Positions 9,709 to 19,299 are shown, counted from the stretch's first letter. The stretch: 64,000 bases of DNA from Actinomycetota bacterium (GCA_020201525.1 JAIVGO010000105.1:57-64056), one strand, 5' to 3'. Program-made: numbers and translations. Notes: generated by a model from the letters alone, not told the origin.

Positions 9709-10586
9709 TGGCCGGGCTACCATCTCCGCCACCCGACGGCAGCACCGTCCTGGCCGAGGGCGCATTCGCAGGGTCCGTTGTGTTGATCACCGGGGGTGGA
9801 ACAGGGCTCGGGAAAGCGATCGCGATGGAGTTCGCACGTCTGGGCGCAGCGATCGCGATCGTCAGTCGCAACGAGGAGCATTTGTCGGCCGGCCGCCTGG
9901 CCGTGGAGCAACTCGGGGCAAAGTCGTGCGCGGCCGCCTGTGATATCCGCGATCCCGCGCTCGTGGCGTCGGCGTTCGACGTGGTTTCCGACGAGCTCGG
10001 CCTACCCGACATCCTGATCAACAACGCAGCCGGAAACTTTCCGGTTCCGGCCGAAGACATGAGCGCGAACGCGTGGCGTTCCGTCACGCAAATCGTCTTG
10101 GACGGAACGTTCTTCTGCTCGCGGGAATTCGCGCGCCGGCACATTGCGGCCGGCATCCCGGGCTCGGTGGTCAATATCGGTGCCTCCTACGCCTGGACCG
10201 GCGGACCCGGCTTCGCCCACTCCGCCGCGGCGAAAGCCGGCGTGAAGAACCTCACAGAAACGCTGGCCGTCGAATGGGCGCCCTACGGCATCCGCGTGAA
10301 CATGATCGTCCCCGGATTGGTCCCGCATGCCGATGAAACAGCCGACATCAAGGCGGTTCCGTCTCGCGGCCAAAACGAGGACGCGCGATCGCCGGCGATG
10401 CGCGTCGGTCAACCGCGAGAGATCGGCTGGGCTGCGACGTTTCTTTGTTCGCCCTATGCGTCGTATATCACCGGCGCAACGCTGACGGTCGACGGGGCGA
10501 ATTGGCAACGACGTGCAATGCTGCAGCCCGAATTCCGCGCGATCCGCGAACAGCTCGGCAAAGAGCCCTTCGCGTTGGAGGACTAA
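9708..10586 (+). CDS. SDR-family oxidoreductase (2,4-dienoyl-CoA-reductase-like)
   Basis: TGGGTGLG Rossmann motif and YAWTGGPGFAHSAAAKAG (YxxxK-like) active-site region. ATG overlaps the upstream stop (TGATG). Confidence 0.85.
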   Translation: MAGLPSPPPDGSTVLAEGAFAGSVVLITGGGTGLGKAIAMEFARLGAAIAIVSRNEEHLSAGRLAVEQLGAKSCAAACDIRDPALVASAFDVVSDELGLPDILINNAAGNFPVPAEDMSANAWRSVTQIVLDGTFFCSREFARRHIAAGIPGSVVNIGASYAWTGGPGFAHSAAAKAGVKNLTETLAVEWAPYGIRVNMIVPGLVPHADETADIKAVPSRGQNEDARSPAMRVGQPREIGWAATFLCSPYASYITGATLTVDGANWQRRAMLQPEFRAIREQLGKEPFALED

Positions 10587-10588
10587 TT

Positions 10589-11425
10589 ATGCAGGACAAG
10601 GTTGTCGTCATAACCGGCGCGAATTCGGGAATCGGCAAGGAAACCGCGCGCGGGCTGGCGCAAAAGGGAGCGCGCGTCGTCATGGTGTGCCGTAACCCCG
10701 AAAAGGGCGCGCGCGCCGCTGAAGAGATTCGAAAAGATGCGCCCGGGGGAGTCGACCTCGTCGTCGGAGATCTCGGGACGCTCGGATCCACGCGCGATCT
10801 TGCAAAGATCCTGATCGATTCGTATCCCAAGATCGACGTTCTGGTGAACAACGCCGGCGTGTACAGGCTCCGTCGCACGCCAACGGCCGACGGCTTCGAA
10901 GAGACGTTTGCAGTGAATCATTTGGCGCCGTTTCTGCTCACGAACCTTCTGCTCGATACCGTGCGCGCAAGTGCGCCGTCACGCATCGTTGTTGTTGCGT
11001 CGGATGCGCACCGCGGTATGAGGATGGAATTCGACGACCTGCAAAGCGAACAGCGCTACAAGGCGCAGACTGCGTACGGGCGCTCGAAGATGGCCAACAT
11101 CATGTTCACGTATGCGCTGGCGAGACGACTCGAAGGCACGGGTGTCACCGTCAACGCACTGCATCCCGGATTCGTCGCGAGCAATTTCGGCAGTGGGAAC
11201 AAAGTCCCGGTAAAGCCGGTCATGATGATCCTCGGTCTTTTCGTCCTGAGCCCGAAACAGGGCGCAGAGACACCGATCTACCTCGCGTCCTCGCCCGACG
11301 TGGACGGAGTGAGCGGAAAGTACTTCTACAAAAGCCGTCCCAAGGAGTCGACCGAGCCCACGTACGACGTCGCGGCGCAAGAGCGCTTATGGATGATCAG
11401 CGAGCAGCTCACCGGCCTCGCCTAG
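10589..11425 (+). CDS. SDR-family oxidoreductase (retinol-dehydrogenase/WWOX-like); start re-set to MQDKVVVITGANSGIGKE
   Basis: TGANSGIG motif and YGRSK (catalytic YxxxK). GGAGGA RBS before the ATG at 10589. The tool's N-terminal extension overlaps the previous gene. Confidence 0.85.
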   Translation: MQDKVVVITGANSGIGKETARGLAQKGARVVMVCRNPEKGARAAEEIRKDAPGGVDLVVGDLGTLGSTRDLAKILIDSYPKIDVLVNNAGVYRLRRTPTADGFEETFAVNHLAPFLLTNLLLDTVRASAPSRIVVVASDAHRGMRMEFDDLQSEQRYKAQTAYGRSKMANIMFTYALARRLEGTGVTVNALHPGFVASNFGSGNKVPVKPVMMILGLFVLSPKQGAETPIYLASSPDVDGVSGKYFYKSRPKESTEPTYDVAAQERLWMISEQLTGLA

Positions 11426-11432
11426 CGCGGCA

Positions 11433-11723
11433 TCACTCGCCGACGAACAATCCGTTCGGCGCGATGGTGAAATCCTCGGTCACCGGCACGTACCCGCGCA
11501 GCCCGTTTCCGTCGTCGACGGCAACCAGCACGCGCAGATTTTCGCCCTCCCGGTCGTCCCAGAAGGCTTCGATCTCCACTCGGTAGAGCGTTCCGCTGTC
11601 CGGTCCCTCGATTTCTCGCGCGTGCGGGTCGTCGAGAAACGTCTCGACAAGCTCGTCGTAGGACATGTCGCGCAGCTCGTCGAGGACGGCACCGATCACG
11701 CGCTGCGCTTCCGCCCGGTTCAT
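11433..11723 (-). CDS. Small acidic hypothetical protein (96 aa), translationally coupled to the upstream enoyl-CoA hydratase (ATGA overlap)
   Basis: ATGA start/stop overlap with the ech gene, and protein-like composition. No recognisable family. Confidence 0.55.
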   Translation of the reverse strand: MNRAEAQRVIGAVLDELRDMSYDELVETFLDDPHAREIEGPDSGTLYRVEIEAFWDDREGENLRVLVAVDDGNGLRGYVPVTEDFTIAPNGLFVGE

Positions 11724-12499
11724 CGACCGCGGAATTTCGGCTCTCGTCCTTCGGCTCGGGCAGCCTTTCCTTCGGCGTAATCCTCCGAGCCGAACACGAT
11801 CGTCTGACCAAGCATCTCTTCATGCATGGACCGCTCGACTTCAGCTGTAGCAAGGGAGGAAATGATGCTGCGTGCCATGCGCACCGCGAGCGGCGCGCGT
11901 TTTGCGATCTCGTGCGCGAGCGCCAGGGCTTCCTCGTCGAGAGCGTCGAGCGGCACGACTTTCGACACGATGCCGTGCCGGTGAGCCTCTTCGGCCCCGA
12001 TGATGCGCCCGGTAAGCGCGAGCTCCGTCGCGACTCCGTGACCGGCCATTTGGAACAGGCGCGCCATGCCGCCGGAGTCGGGAATGACACCGTGGCCGGT
12101 TTCCGGCAATCCCATGCGTACGTCCTCGGCGGCGATTCGCAGATCGCAAAGCAGCGCGCGCTCGAACGATCCGCCGAGAGCCCAGCCTTTCAGGGCTGCG
12201 ATGATCGGCACCGGCATCGTGAAGAGCAGCTTCGTCTTGGCGTGACCCGCCGCAATGAACTCGAGGTCACTCTCCCCTTTCGCGCGCACTCCCAACTCCG
12301 CTGTGTCCCGGCCGGAAGAGAACGACTTCCCTTCGCCGCGCCAGACGACCGCGCGGACATCCGGCCGCTCGTGAAGCTCGGCGAGAACGTCGAAAAATCG
12401 AGCGTCCATTTCGTCGTTGAAGGCGTTGTGTCGCTCCGGCCGGTTGAGGCTGACGACCGCAACCGCGCCGTCAAAAGTGAGGCGAACCGTGTCGCTCAT
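11720..12499 (-). CDS. Enoyl-CoA hydratase/isomerase (crotonase family)
   Basis: LNRPERHNAF and ...GGSFERALLCDLRIA crotonase motifs. 259 aa. Confidence 0.9.
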   Translation of the reverse strand: MSDTVRLTFDGAVAVVSLNRPERHNAFNDEMDARFFDVLAELHERPDVRAVVWRGEGKSFSSGRDTAELGVRAKGESDLEFIAAGHAKTKLLFTMPVPIIAALKGWALGGSFERALLCDLRIAAEDVRMGLPETGHGVIPDSGGMARLFQMAGHGVATELALTGRIIGAEEAHRHGIVSKVVPLDALDEEALALAHEIAKRAPLAVRMARSIISSLATAEVERSMHEEMLGQTIVFGSEDYAEGKAARAEGREPKFRGR

Positions 12500-14028
12500 A
12501 CGCCGAACCTCGTGCGCAACTCCATCTTCACGACTTTTCCGGCCGGGTTCCGCGGCAATGCGTCGACGATCTCGAGCTGCTCCGGCAGCTTTTGGATGAT
12601 GAGGCCTTTGCCCTTGAGGAATGAAACCATCTCGTCGAATGTCAGCGCATTGCCGGCGTCCTTACAGACGACGACGGCGCATGCGCGCTCGCCGGACTCG
12701 GCGTCCGGTAACCCGATGACCGCGACGTCGGCCACTTTTTCATGCGTGAATAAGAAGTCCTCGAGCTCCTTCGCGCTGATGTTCTCGCCCTTACGAATTA
12801 TGATGTCTTTCAAGCGCCCGGTGATCGCGAGGAAGCCGTTTTCGTCGAGGCGGCCGAGGTCGCCGGTTCGGAAATACCCGTCTTCATCGAACGCTTCCAC
12901 GTCCAGCGACGAGTCAAGATATCCCTTCATCATCTGCGGGGCTTTCGCCCGCACTTCGCCTTCTTCGTTCGGACCGGCTATGCGGCCGTCGAGCGTGACG
13001 AGCTTCAGCTCGACGCCGGCCATCGGGCGCCCTTCCGACAACGCAAGCGCGTCGTCGGGATCGTCGACGCTCGCCATCGTGAGGATCGGGGATTCGGTCA
13101 GTCCGTACCCCGATACCACGCCCGCACCTCCGAGCTCTTTCTTCACGTCGTAGTGAATCTGTGGCGGCTTCGTTGCGCCGCCGCCCGGGTAGCAGCGCGC
13201 CTTGGGAAACAGCTTTTGGGATGGATTCTCACGCTGCGCCTTTAGGTAGGCGAGGTGGAAGAACGTCCCCGAGCCGGCGATCGTAACGTTTTCGCGTTGC
13301 AACATCTCGACGGTCTTCACCGGATCGAACGCTTCGTCGAGAAGATTGGTGAAACCGATCAGCAGGCTCGCGACCATCCACGTGATGCCGCCGATGTGGG
13401 TGAACGGAAAGACGAGCGCGCTGCGATCCTGGGAAACGAGCGCGAGTCGCTCCGACATCCCCGCGGCGGTGACGACGAGATTCTTGTCGGTGTGTTGCGC
13501 GCCCTTGGGGTCCGCCGTCGTGCCCGACGTGTAGAACAGCCAGCGCACCGCATCGCTCGCCGGCGATGCGTCGAGCAGCGTCGACGGATCCTCGGCCGGA
13601 AGCTCCCGATCACAAACAAGAACGTCCAGGCCATCGGTGTTCTTGGCAATGCCGCGCGCCATCGCTTCGAATTCGAAGCCGCGCCACTCGGACGGAACGA
13701 TGAGAAGCCGCGTTGCCGCCTGCTTGGCGATGAATCCGACCTCGCGCTCGCGGTAAATCGGAAGGATCGGGTTCTGCAACGCCCCGAGCCGGCAGAGTGC
13801 GCCGACCAGCACAACTGAATCGATCCACGTCGGCAACTGCCACGACACCACCGTTCCCTTACCGACACCCATGGCAGCGAGCCCCGCGGCGGTTTCCTCG
13901 GCGCGCTGTTGCAATGCAGCGAAGGTCAGCGATTCGCCGCGCTCATCCACCGCGGTCGTCGCGTCCGGCGTTTCCGCAGCCCTCTTCTCGATCAGCCGCC
14001 AGATCGTGTCTGCCGCCAGCATCGACAT
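12496..14028 (-). CDS. AMP-dependent acyl-CoA synthetase; start re-set to the internal MSMLAADTIW
   Basis: YTSGTTADPKG motif. The tool's N-terminal 32 aa is junk and would overlap the DUF35 gene. Stop overlaps the ech start (ATGA). Confidence 0.85.
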   Translation of the reverse strand: MSMLAADTIWRLIEKRAAETPDATTAVDERGESLTFAALQQRAEETAAGLAAMGVGKGTVVSWQLPTWIDSVVLVGALCRLGALQNPILPIYREREVGFIAKQAATRLLIVPSEWRGFEFEAMARGIAKNTDGLDVLVCDRELPAEDPSTLLDASPASDAVRWLFYTSGTTADPKGAQHTDKNLVVTAAGMSERLALVSQDRSALVFPFTHIGGITWMVASLLIGFTNLLDEAFDPVKTVEMLQRENVTIAGSGTFFHLAYLKAQRENPSQKLFPKARCYPGGGATKPPQIHYDVKKELGGAGVVSGYGLTESPILTMASVDDPDDALALSEGRPMAGVELKLVTLDGRIAGPNEEGEVRAKAPQMMKGYLDSSLDVEAFDEDGYFRTGDLGRLDENGFLAITGRLKDIIIRKGENISAKELEDFLFTHEKVADVAVIGLPDAESGERACAVVVCKDAGNALTFDEMVSFLKGKGLIIQKLPEQLEIVDALPRNPAGKVVKMELRTRFGV

Positions 14029-14050
14029 CCCCCTCCGCGTGATCGTTGCA

Positions 14051-14494
14051 TCAGTCCCCCACCAGCGTCCAAGCAGGCAGTGTAATGTCGGCTTCTTTCC
14101 GCCAGCGAAGCGCGACGCGCGCACCCATCGCTAAGCCTTCCGCGGTCCCATCGGTCTGCAGCAACGTGCCCTCGTCGTCGACGAGCTGGCCGACCATGCG
14201 AATGCCTTCGTCCAGCTCGACCAGCAGGACGACGAGCGGTAGTCGATCCGCCCATACCGGAAGGACCGGTGGGTGCAGAACCGTCCACGACGCGACGCGC
14301 CCGTTGCCGCTCACTTGCGTCCACACCGGATTGGTTGCCCGGCACCGGTAGCACACCGGACGCGGCTGCCAGATCCACTGCCCGCAACTCGCGCAACGCG
14401 GAACGATGAGCATGCGTTCGGCGACCCCGTCCCAAAATGGCAGCGTGTCTTGATCCGGAACGGGTCGCGGTGGAAGCGGTGGGGCGGCGCTCAT
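14051..14494 (-). CDS. DUF35-family OB-fold/Zn-ribbon protein (ChsH2 C-terminal-domain-like partner of an SCP-x thiolase/aldolase)
   Basis: CASCGQ...CYRC zinc ribbon followed by an OB-fold pattern. 4-bp overlap with the upstream Ltp2-like gene. Confidence 0.85.
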   Translation of the reverse strand: MSAAPPLPPRPVPDQDTLPFWDGVAERMLIVPRCASCGQWIWQPRPVCYRCRATNPVWTQVSGNGRVASWTVLHPPVLPVWADRLPLVVLLVELDEGIRMVGQLVDDEGTLLQTDGTAEGLAMGARVALRWRKEADITLPAWTLVGD

Positions 14495-15618
14495 GCCGGC
14501 TCCTTCGAAAAGACGATCGCCCCCGTCGGCACGACGGCCCCGCTCGTCACAAGGCAGTGATTCACGCTCTCGACTTGTGTCGTCGATGTGCCCCGAACCT
14601 GGCGCACCCCTTCGACCAACAGATTGAATCCGTGCACGTATGCCTCCGACAGCCCGCCGCCGCTCGTGTTGTAAGGCGGCGCTTCACCCGACGCGATGTA
14701 CGCGGGGGCGTCGCCTTCATCGCAAAAACCGTACTCGTGGTAGGACAGCAAAACCTGCGGCGTGAATGCGTCGTAGAACTGGACGACATCGATGTCGTCG
14801 GGTTTCAAGCCGGTGTTGCGCCACAACTCCGGCGCAACGTAGGACGCCGGGGTCACCCCCAACTCGTCGCCGTAGTAGAACGTCATCGCATACCCCTGCG
14901 GGCCGCTTCCCAGCGCGTAGCCCCTGACGTACACCGGCGTGACGTCGAGATCTCGCGCCCGCTCCTCGCTCGTCAGCACCATCGCGAGCGCCCCGTCGGT
15001 CTCCAAGCAGTTATCGAACAGACAGAGCGGTTCGGCGACCCAACGAGAGCTCAGATACTCCTCCATCGTCAGATCCTTGCGCATCATCGCCATCGGGTTC
15101 GCCTGCGCGTGACGGCGTTGCGTGATCGCAACGTTGCCGAAGTCTTCGCGCTTCCACCCGTATTTGTGCATCCAGACGCGAGTGTGCAACGCCATGCCGT
15201 CGGCGGGACGCACGAGACCATGCGGACGCTCGAACTGATCTTGTCCTTCCGCCATGATTTGCCCGACCCAGGGACGCCCTCCCGACGAGCGATTACGCGA
15301 GCGCCACACGACGACGACTTCGGCGAGACCGAGCTCGATCGCCATAGACGCGAGTGCCATAGTCGGGGCACCCGCTCCCCCGCCGTAATCTTGCGCGCCG
15401 AAGAATCTGAGGTTCTGGACGCCGATCACGCGCGCCATCTCCATCTCGGTCGTCGGCTGCCACACATACCGGCACATGCCGTCGACGTCGGCGACCGTCA
15501 AGCCCGCGTCTTTCAACGCCCCGAGAATGGCGAGGGCGCCCGAGTGTCGCTCGGTCATTCCGATGTTCTTCGAGAACGGCAGGCCGTGCAGGCCGACGAC
15601 GACCGCTTTGCGGCTCAT
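14491..15618 (-). CDS. SCP-x/Ltp2-type thiolase-fold protein (candidate steroid side-chain retro-aldolase/thiolase)
   Basis: Thiolase-like fold lacking canonical FadA motifs, with a C-terminal ...GGGLSEAYVHGFN... pattern typical of Ltp2/SCPx. Followed by a DUF35 gene. Confidence 0.85.
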   Translation of the reverse strand: MSRKAVVVGLHGLPFSKNIGMTERHSGALAILGALKDAGLTVADVDGMCRYVWQPTTEMEMARVIGVQNLRFFGAQDYGGGAGAPTMALASMAIELGLAEVVVVWRSRNRSSGGRPWVGQIMAEGQDQFERPHGLVRPADGMALHTRVWMHKYGWKREDFGNVAITQRRHAQANPMAMMRKDLTMEEYLSSRWVAEPLCLFDNCLETDGALAMVLTSEERARDLDVTPVYVRGYALGSGPQGYAMTFYYGDELGVTPASYVAPELWRNTGLKPDDIDVVQFYDAFTPQVLLSYHEYGFCDEGDAPAYIASGEAPPYNTSGGGLSEAYVHGFNLLVEGVRQVRGTSTTQVESVNHCLVTSGAVVPTGAIVFSKEPA

Positions 15619-16556
15619 AGGAATGCTGCCATCGTTTCGGCTCGCTCATCGTTGCTTCCGAAGTGCGTCGCCAGGAGAGCCGCGCGCTTCAGAAAAAGAT
15701 GCACGTCTACCTCCCACGTGAATCCCATGCCGCCGTGCACCTGCACGCACGCTTTGCCGTTCGCGACGGCTGCTTCGTTCGCGAGCAGTTGCGCCGCGAC
15801 GACTGCGCGCGTTTCGTCCCCAGCGGACGGGTCGTCGAGAATCACGCCCGCGGCGTAGACGGCCGCGCGTGCCACCTCGGCGCGGACGAGCATGTCCGCG
15901 CAGATGTGCTTCACGGCCTGAAACGATCCGATCGGGCGGTCGAACTGCCGCCTCTCTTTCGCGTACGCGACGGCGCGCTCGGTAACGGCGGTCGCGATGC
16001 CGACTTGATATGCAGCGGTCAGCGCCGCGCCGCGCAACTTCATTCCCGCACCATCCGATGCAAGAAGCTGACCCTTCGGGAGAGACGCAGCCGCATAAAG
16101 TGGCGTCAGGGGATCAAGAAACGCATCAACCTGCCCGCCCTGAACGTCGTCCGCATCACAAACCCAAACACCGTCTGGCGCCAGGATCAGCAGGCGATCT
16201 AACGAATCGAGGTGCTCCACAAGGAGAGGCGACACGTCGCGATCAACCATCCCAACAATTCCCGTCAGCCCGAAATCGGCACCAAGATGCGTCGCGACGA
16301 GCGGCCCCGGAACAAGTGCGCGGCCGAGCTGCTCGAAGACGAGCACCGCTTGCGTGCAGCCGAGACCGACGCCGCCTTCGTCCTCCGGTAGGCGCAACGA
16401 GAAAACGCCGGCGTCCACGAGCTCTGACCACATCTCTTGATCTAGCGCTCCCGTCTCTTCGCTGGCGCGGATCCGGTCCATCGTGAAACGGCCCCGGCAC
16501 AGCTCGACGATCCCGCTTTGCAGAGCGAGATCGTCGGCGCTCAACTCGAAATCCAC
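15615..16556 (-). CDS. Acyl-CoA dehydrogenase, small (beta-type) subunit of a likely heteromeric alpha2beta2 ACAD
   Basis: 313-aa ACAD fold (...GSFQAVKH...). Lies immediately after a 393-aa ACAD with no gap, as in ChsE/FadE28-29-type pairs. Confidence 0.8.
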   Translation of the reverse strand: MDFELSADDLALQSGIVELCRGRFTMDRIRASEETGALDQEMWSELVDAGVFSLRLPEDEGGVGLGCTQAVLVFEQLGRALVPGPLVATHLGADFGLTGIVGMVDRDVSPLLVEHLDSLDRLLILAPDGVWVCDADDVQGGQVDAFLDPLTPLYAAASLPKGQLLASDGAGMKLRGAALTAAYQVGIATAVTERAVAYAKERRQFDRPIGSFQAVKHICADMLVRAEVARAAVYAAGVILDDPSAGDETRAVVAAQLLANEAAVANGKACVQVHGGMGFTWEVDVHLFLKRAALLATHFGSNDERAETMAAFL

Positions 16557-17738
16557 TCAGCGCTCCTTCGGCAATCCAAGAATGCGCTCGCCCACGATGT
16601 TGCGTTGCACTTGCGACGTTCCGGCCGCGATCGTCATCGACATCGCGTGAAGCCAGCCGCGGACATGTTCGGCTGTCTCCTGATCCTCCAGCGATAGCGA
16701 CGAGCGATCGAGGAGGCGCATCGCGAGGTCCCCCATCCGGTGACGAGCCTCTGTGTAGTGGAGCTTGAACACCGACCCTCCGAGGCCCGGGACGCCCGTC
16801 CCGCGCGCGGCTTGCGTTACATTGCGCTTCGTCAGCGCCCACAGCGCATCGAAGTCGGCCGCCAGGTGTCCCAAGTCCCTGCGGATGCCGGCGTCGTCCC
16901 ACGCGGTTCCGTCTGCGCGTGGAATCTTTCGTGCGAGATCGGCGAGACGTTCGAGCATCCGCAAGGACGAAAGCAGCTCGCTCACAAATGCGGTTCCACG
17001 CTCGAAGCTGAACGTCACCATCGCGATGCGCCAGCCGTCGTTTTCGTCCCCAACGCGATTCGCCACCGGCACCCGCACGTCGTTGAAGAACACTTCGCTG
17101 AATTCGCGAGAGCCGGCGATCGTCCGCATCGGCCGCACCTCGATGCCCGGCGCGTCCATCGGCAGGATGAGCCATGTAATGCCCTCGTGCTTCGGAGCAT
17201 CCGCGTCGGTACGCACCAACAGCTCCCCGTAATCGGCAACGTGCGCAAATGAGGTCCAAATCTTTTGGCCGTTGACGACGTAGTGATCTCCGTCTCGGAC
17301 CGCCTTCGTCTGCAACGAGGCGAGGTCCGAGCCGGCGTTCGGCTCCGAGAAACATTGGCACCAAACTTCCTCGCCGCGCAGGATCTTCGGCAAGAATCGA
17401 GCCTTTTGCTCGTCACTACCTTCCGCGACGAGCGTAGGCCCGGCGTGCAACAGGCCGACGAAATTCACGCCGACGTACGGCGCGCCGGCTCGTTCGGTCT
17501 CTTCGAGAAAGATCAACTGCTCCGCAGGCGTTGCTTCGCGCCCGCCGACGGCACGCGGCCAATCGATGCCGGCGTAACCTGCCTCGAACAGCATCCGCTG
17601 CCACGTCGTGTCGTAGGTGCGCCGTGCGTGCCACTCCTCCCCCGAAGGCTTCGGCGGCAATGCCGGAAGCACATTCAGGAGCCACGCACGCAACTCCGCG
17701 CGAAAGCGTTCTTCTGATTCCGAGTACCTGAGATCCAC
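16557..17738 (-). CDS. Acyl-CoA dehydrogenase, large (alpha-type) subunit; start re-set to GTG (VDLRYSESEERF...)
   Basis: The ACAD N-terminus consensus begins at DLRYSESEERFRAELRAWL. The tool's 82-aa N-terminal extension is Arg-rich junk and overlaps the NTF2 gene. The CTGACGGTGTGTCA motif lies 25 bp upstream. Confidence 0.8.
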   Translation of the reverse strand: MDLRYSESEERFRAELRAWLLNVLPALPPKPSGEEWHARRTYDTTWQRMLFEAGYAGIDWPRAVGGREATPAEQLIFLEETERAGAPYVGVNFVGLLHAGPTLVAEGSDEQKARFLPKILRGEEVWCQCFSEPNAGSDLASLQTKAVRDGDHYVVNGQKIWTSFAHVADYGELLVRTDADAPKHEGITWLILPMDAPGIEVRPMRTIAGSREFSEVFFNDVRVPVANRVGDENDGWRIAMVTFSFERGTAFVSELLSSLRMLERLADLARKIPRADGTAWDDAGIRRDLGHLAADFDALWALTKRNVTQAARGTGVPGLGGSVFKLHYTEARHRMGDLAMRLLDRSSLSLEDQETAEHVRGWLHAMSMTIAAGTSQVQRNIVGERILGLPKER

Positions 17739-17762
17739 CGGGCGACCAGTATAAATAGGAAT

Positions 17763-17776
17763 CTGACGGTGTGTCA
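17763..17776. promoter_or_regulatory. Second copy of CTGACGGTGTGTCA, 25 bp upstream of the ACAD alpha-subunit start (internal promoter within the long minus-strand array)
   Basis: 14/14 identical to the site at 4715-4728. Confidence 0.5.
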
Positions 17777-17815
17777 GGCGCCGTCGGAAGGACTCTCTGA
17801 TGACCGTCCAGCTGC

Positions 17816-18205
17816 CTAGTTGGCACCGGGTAGTTCGCCGGCCGAAATGGGTGTCGAGTGGCGGCGCCACAAAAGCCAGCGTCCACCGCGACGTCTCCAA
17901 ACATCTGAAATCACGAACACACCGCTCCTGTCTTGACCGAGAACCGTGGCGTTCATCCCGGCGCGCTGCAACACCGTGGCGCAATCGCCGTCTACGTCGA
18001 CGCTCAATTCCTCGACCTCGTATGAATGCACAATGTAGTCCGGCAGAACATCGAGCCAGCGCTGTCTTGGCATGACGGCACGGGCCGGATGCGCAAGCAC
18101 GAGCGCAAACTTATCATCCAATAAGTCTTCCGCGGCCTTCGCGTCCCGCTCTTCCACGCACCGTTGAAAGGCGAGCATTCTCTGTTCCAGATCGCTCGAT
18201 GTCAT
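17816..18205 (-). CDS. NTF2-like/SnoaL-like (DUF4440-type) small protein; start re-set to MTSSDLEQ
   Basis: Composition and length fit an NTF2 fold. GGAG RBS 6 nt before the ATG at 18205. Confidence 0.55.
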   Translation of the reverse strand: MTSSDLEQRMLAFQRCVEERDAKAAEDLLDDKFALVLAHPARAVMPRQRWLDVLPDYIVHSYEVEELSVDVDGDCATVLQRAGMNATVLGQDRSGVFVISDVWRRRGGRWLLWRRHSTPISAGELPGAN

Positions 18206-18259
18206 TGTCACTCCAGGTCGATTTTCATGTTGGCATTGCGGCGTCATGTCGGACGAGCG

Positions 18260-19051
18260 TCACCACAACTGGTCGGTGTACGTGTCCGTACCGGGGATCG
18301 TCGGGATGAACGGGGACGCCCACAACAAGTTCGCCAGCCCCATTCGCTCTAGTTCCTTGCCGTGCGCCGCCAGGCGGTCGTTCCACACATCCATCGGGTC
18401 CCGATCCAGAAACCACAACGTCACGAAACGCTGCTTGTCGCCGGCCACGCGCGGCACGTCGGCTGGGGCGTCTTCGGGGATCGGAACGGGTGTGAAGTAC
18501 AAGCACATGGCGACCGCGCTGCCGGCAAGTGTGTTCGGCAAGTATTCGTCGCGATACCACGCGCCGACACGCGCGCGATCCACGCCGGCCGTCGCTTCCC
18601 CGATCACCACCGCAGCACCGCGGAAGGGGTGATCCAGCGCAAGCTCCGCCGGAACGCCGTCGTCGTCACGGAAGGCGCCGAAATCGTAGCGATACATTTT
18701 CGTGTGGACGTGGTCTCGTTCGGCAAACATCCGATTCTCGCGGTGCAGCCGGTGCACCTCCTTCGCCGCCCAGCCGCCCCACTCTTGCGATTGCGCCTTC
18801 GAAATCCAGTACAGCGCGAGGTACGAGCCCACCATCGGATCCGGCGCGATCGGTGAGTCCGCCGGGTACCGAAGCTCCTTGTACGGACGCGTCGCGACGA
18901 AGCGGCGTCCCGCGAGTATTCCGGGCCCGACCATGCAACCCGCGTAAAAGTGGTCGCGCTCATACCAACGGTTGTACGCGACTTGGTGATCCTTCCACGG
19001 CTCGACGATCGTAAGCAGCATCGAGCCGAGCTTCACGGGGTAATCATCCAT
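18260..19051 (-). CDS. Conserved hypothetical protein (263 aa), family not recognised; start re-set to MDDYPVKLGSM
   Basis: High GC3 and Trp/Tyr-rich, protein-like sequence. The tool's N-terminal 68 aa is Arg-rich junk and overlaps the next gene. Confidence 0.6.
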   Translation of the reverse strand: MDDYPVKLGSMLLTIVEPWKDHQVAYNRWYERDHFYAGCMVGPGILAGRRFVATRPYKELRYPADSPIAPDPMVGSYLALYWISKAQSQEWGGWAAKEVHRLHRENRMFAERDHVHTKMYRYDFGAFRDDDGVPAELALDHPFRGAAVVIGEATAGVDRARVGAWYRDEYLPNTLAGSAVAMCLYFTPVPIPEDAPADVPRVAGDKQRFVTLWFLDRDPMDVWNDRLAAHGKELERMGLANLLWASPFIPTIPGTDTYTDQLW

Positions 19052-19053
19052 GT

Positions 19054-19299
19054 CTAGTCGATGATCGAGAACGTCGGCTGCTGGGTGCCGACCTCCCAAA
19101 CCATCGCGGCCTCGAGTACCCGGCCGTTCACGATCAGATCGATGAGCCGGTCCTCTCCTACGAGCACAGAAAGGCGGGTCGTCGTCTGATCCCGCATCGC
19201 TTCTTCGAGCTGCTTCTGAGCGGTCGCAACATCGGTGTCTTCGGCGAGCGTCCACCGCTCTGCGTTCGGATCGGAACCGAGTCTCACGTACTTGCCCAT
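19054..19299 (-). CDS. Small hypothetical protein (81 aa)
   Basis: About 80% GC at third positions. GGAGG RBS (CTGAGGAGGGGAGCGATG) upstream. Sits snugly between fadD and the downstream gene. Confidence 0.6.
   Translation of the reverse strand: MGKYVRLGSDPNAERWTLAEDTDVATAQKQLEEAMRDQTTTRLSVLVGEDRLIDLIVNGRVLEAAMVWEVGTQQPTFSIID

Noticed and set aside
11822-13153. 443-aa plus-strand ORF
   Set aside because: Antisense to the ech and fadD genes. Ser/Pro/Arg-rich translation with no motifs.
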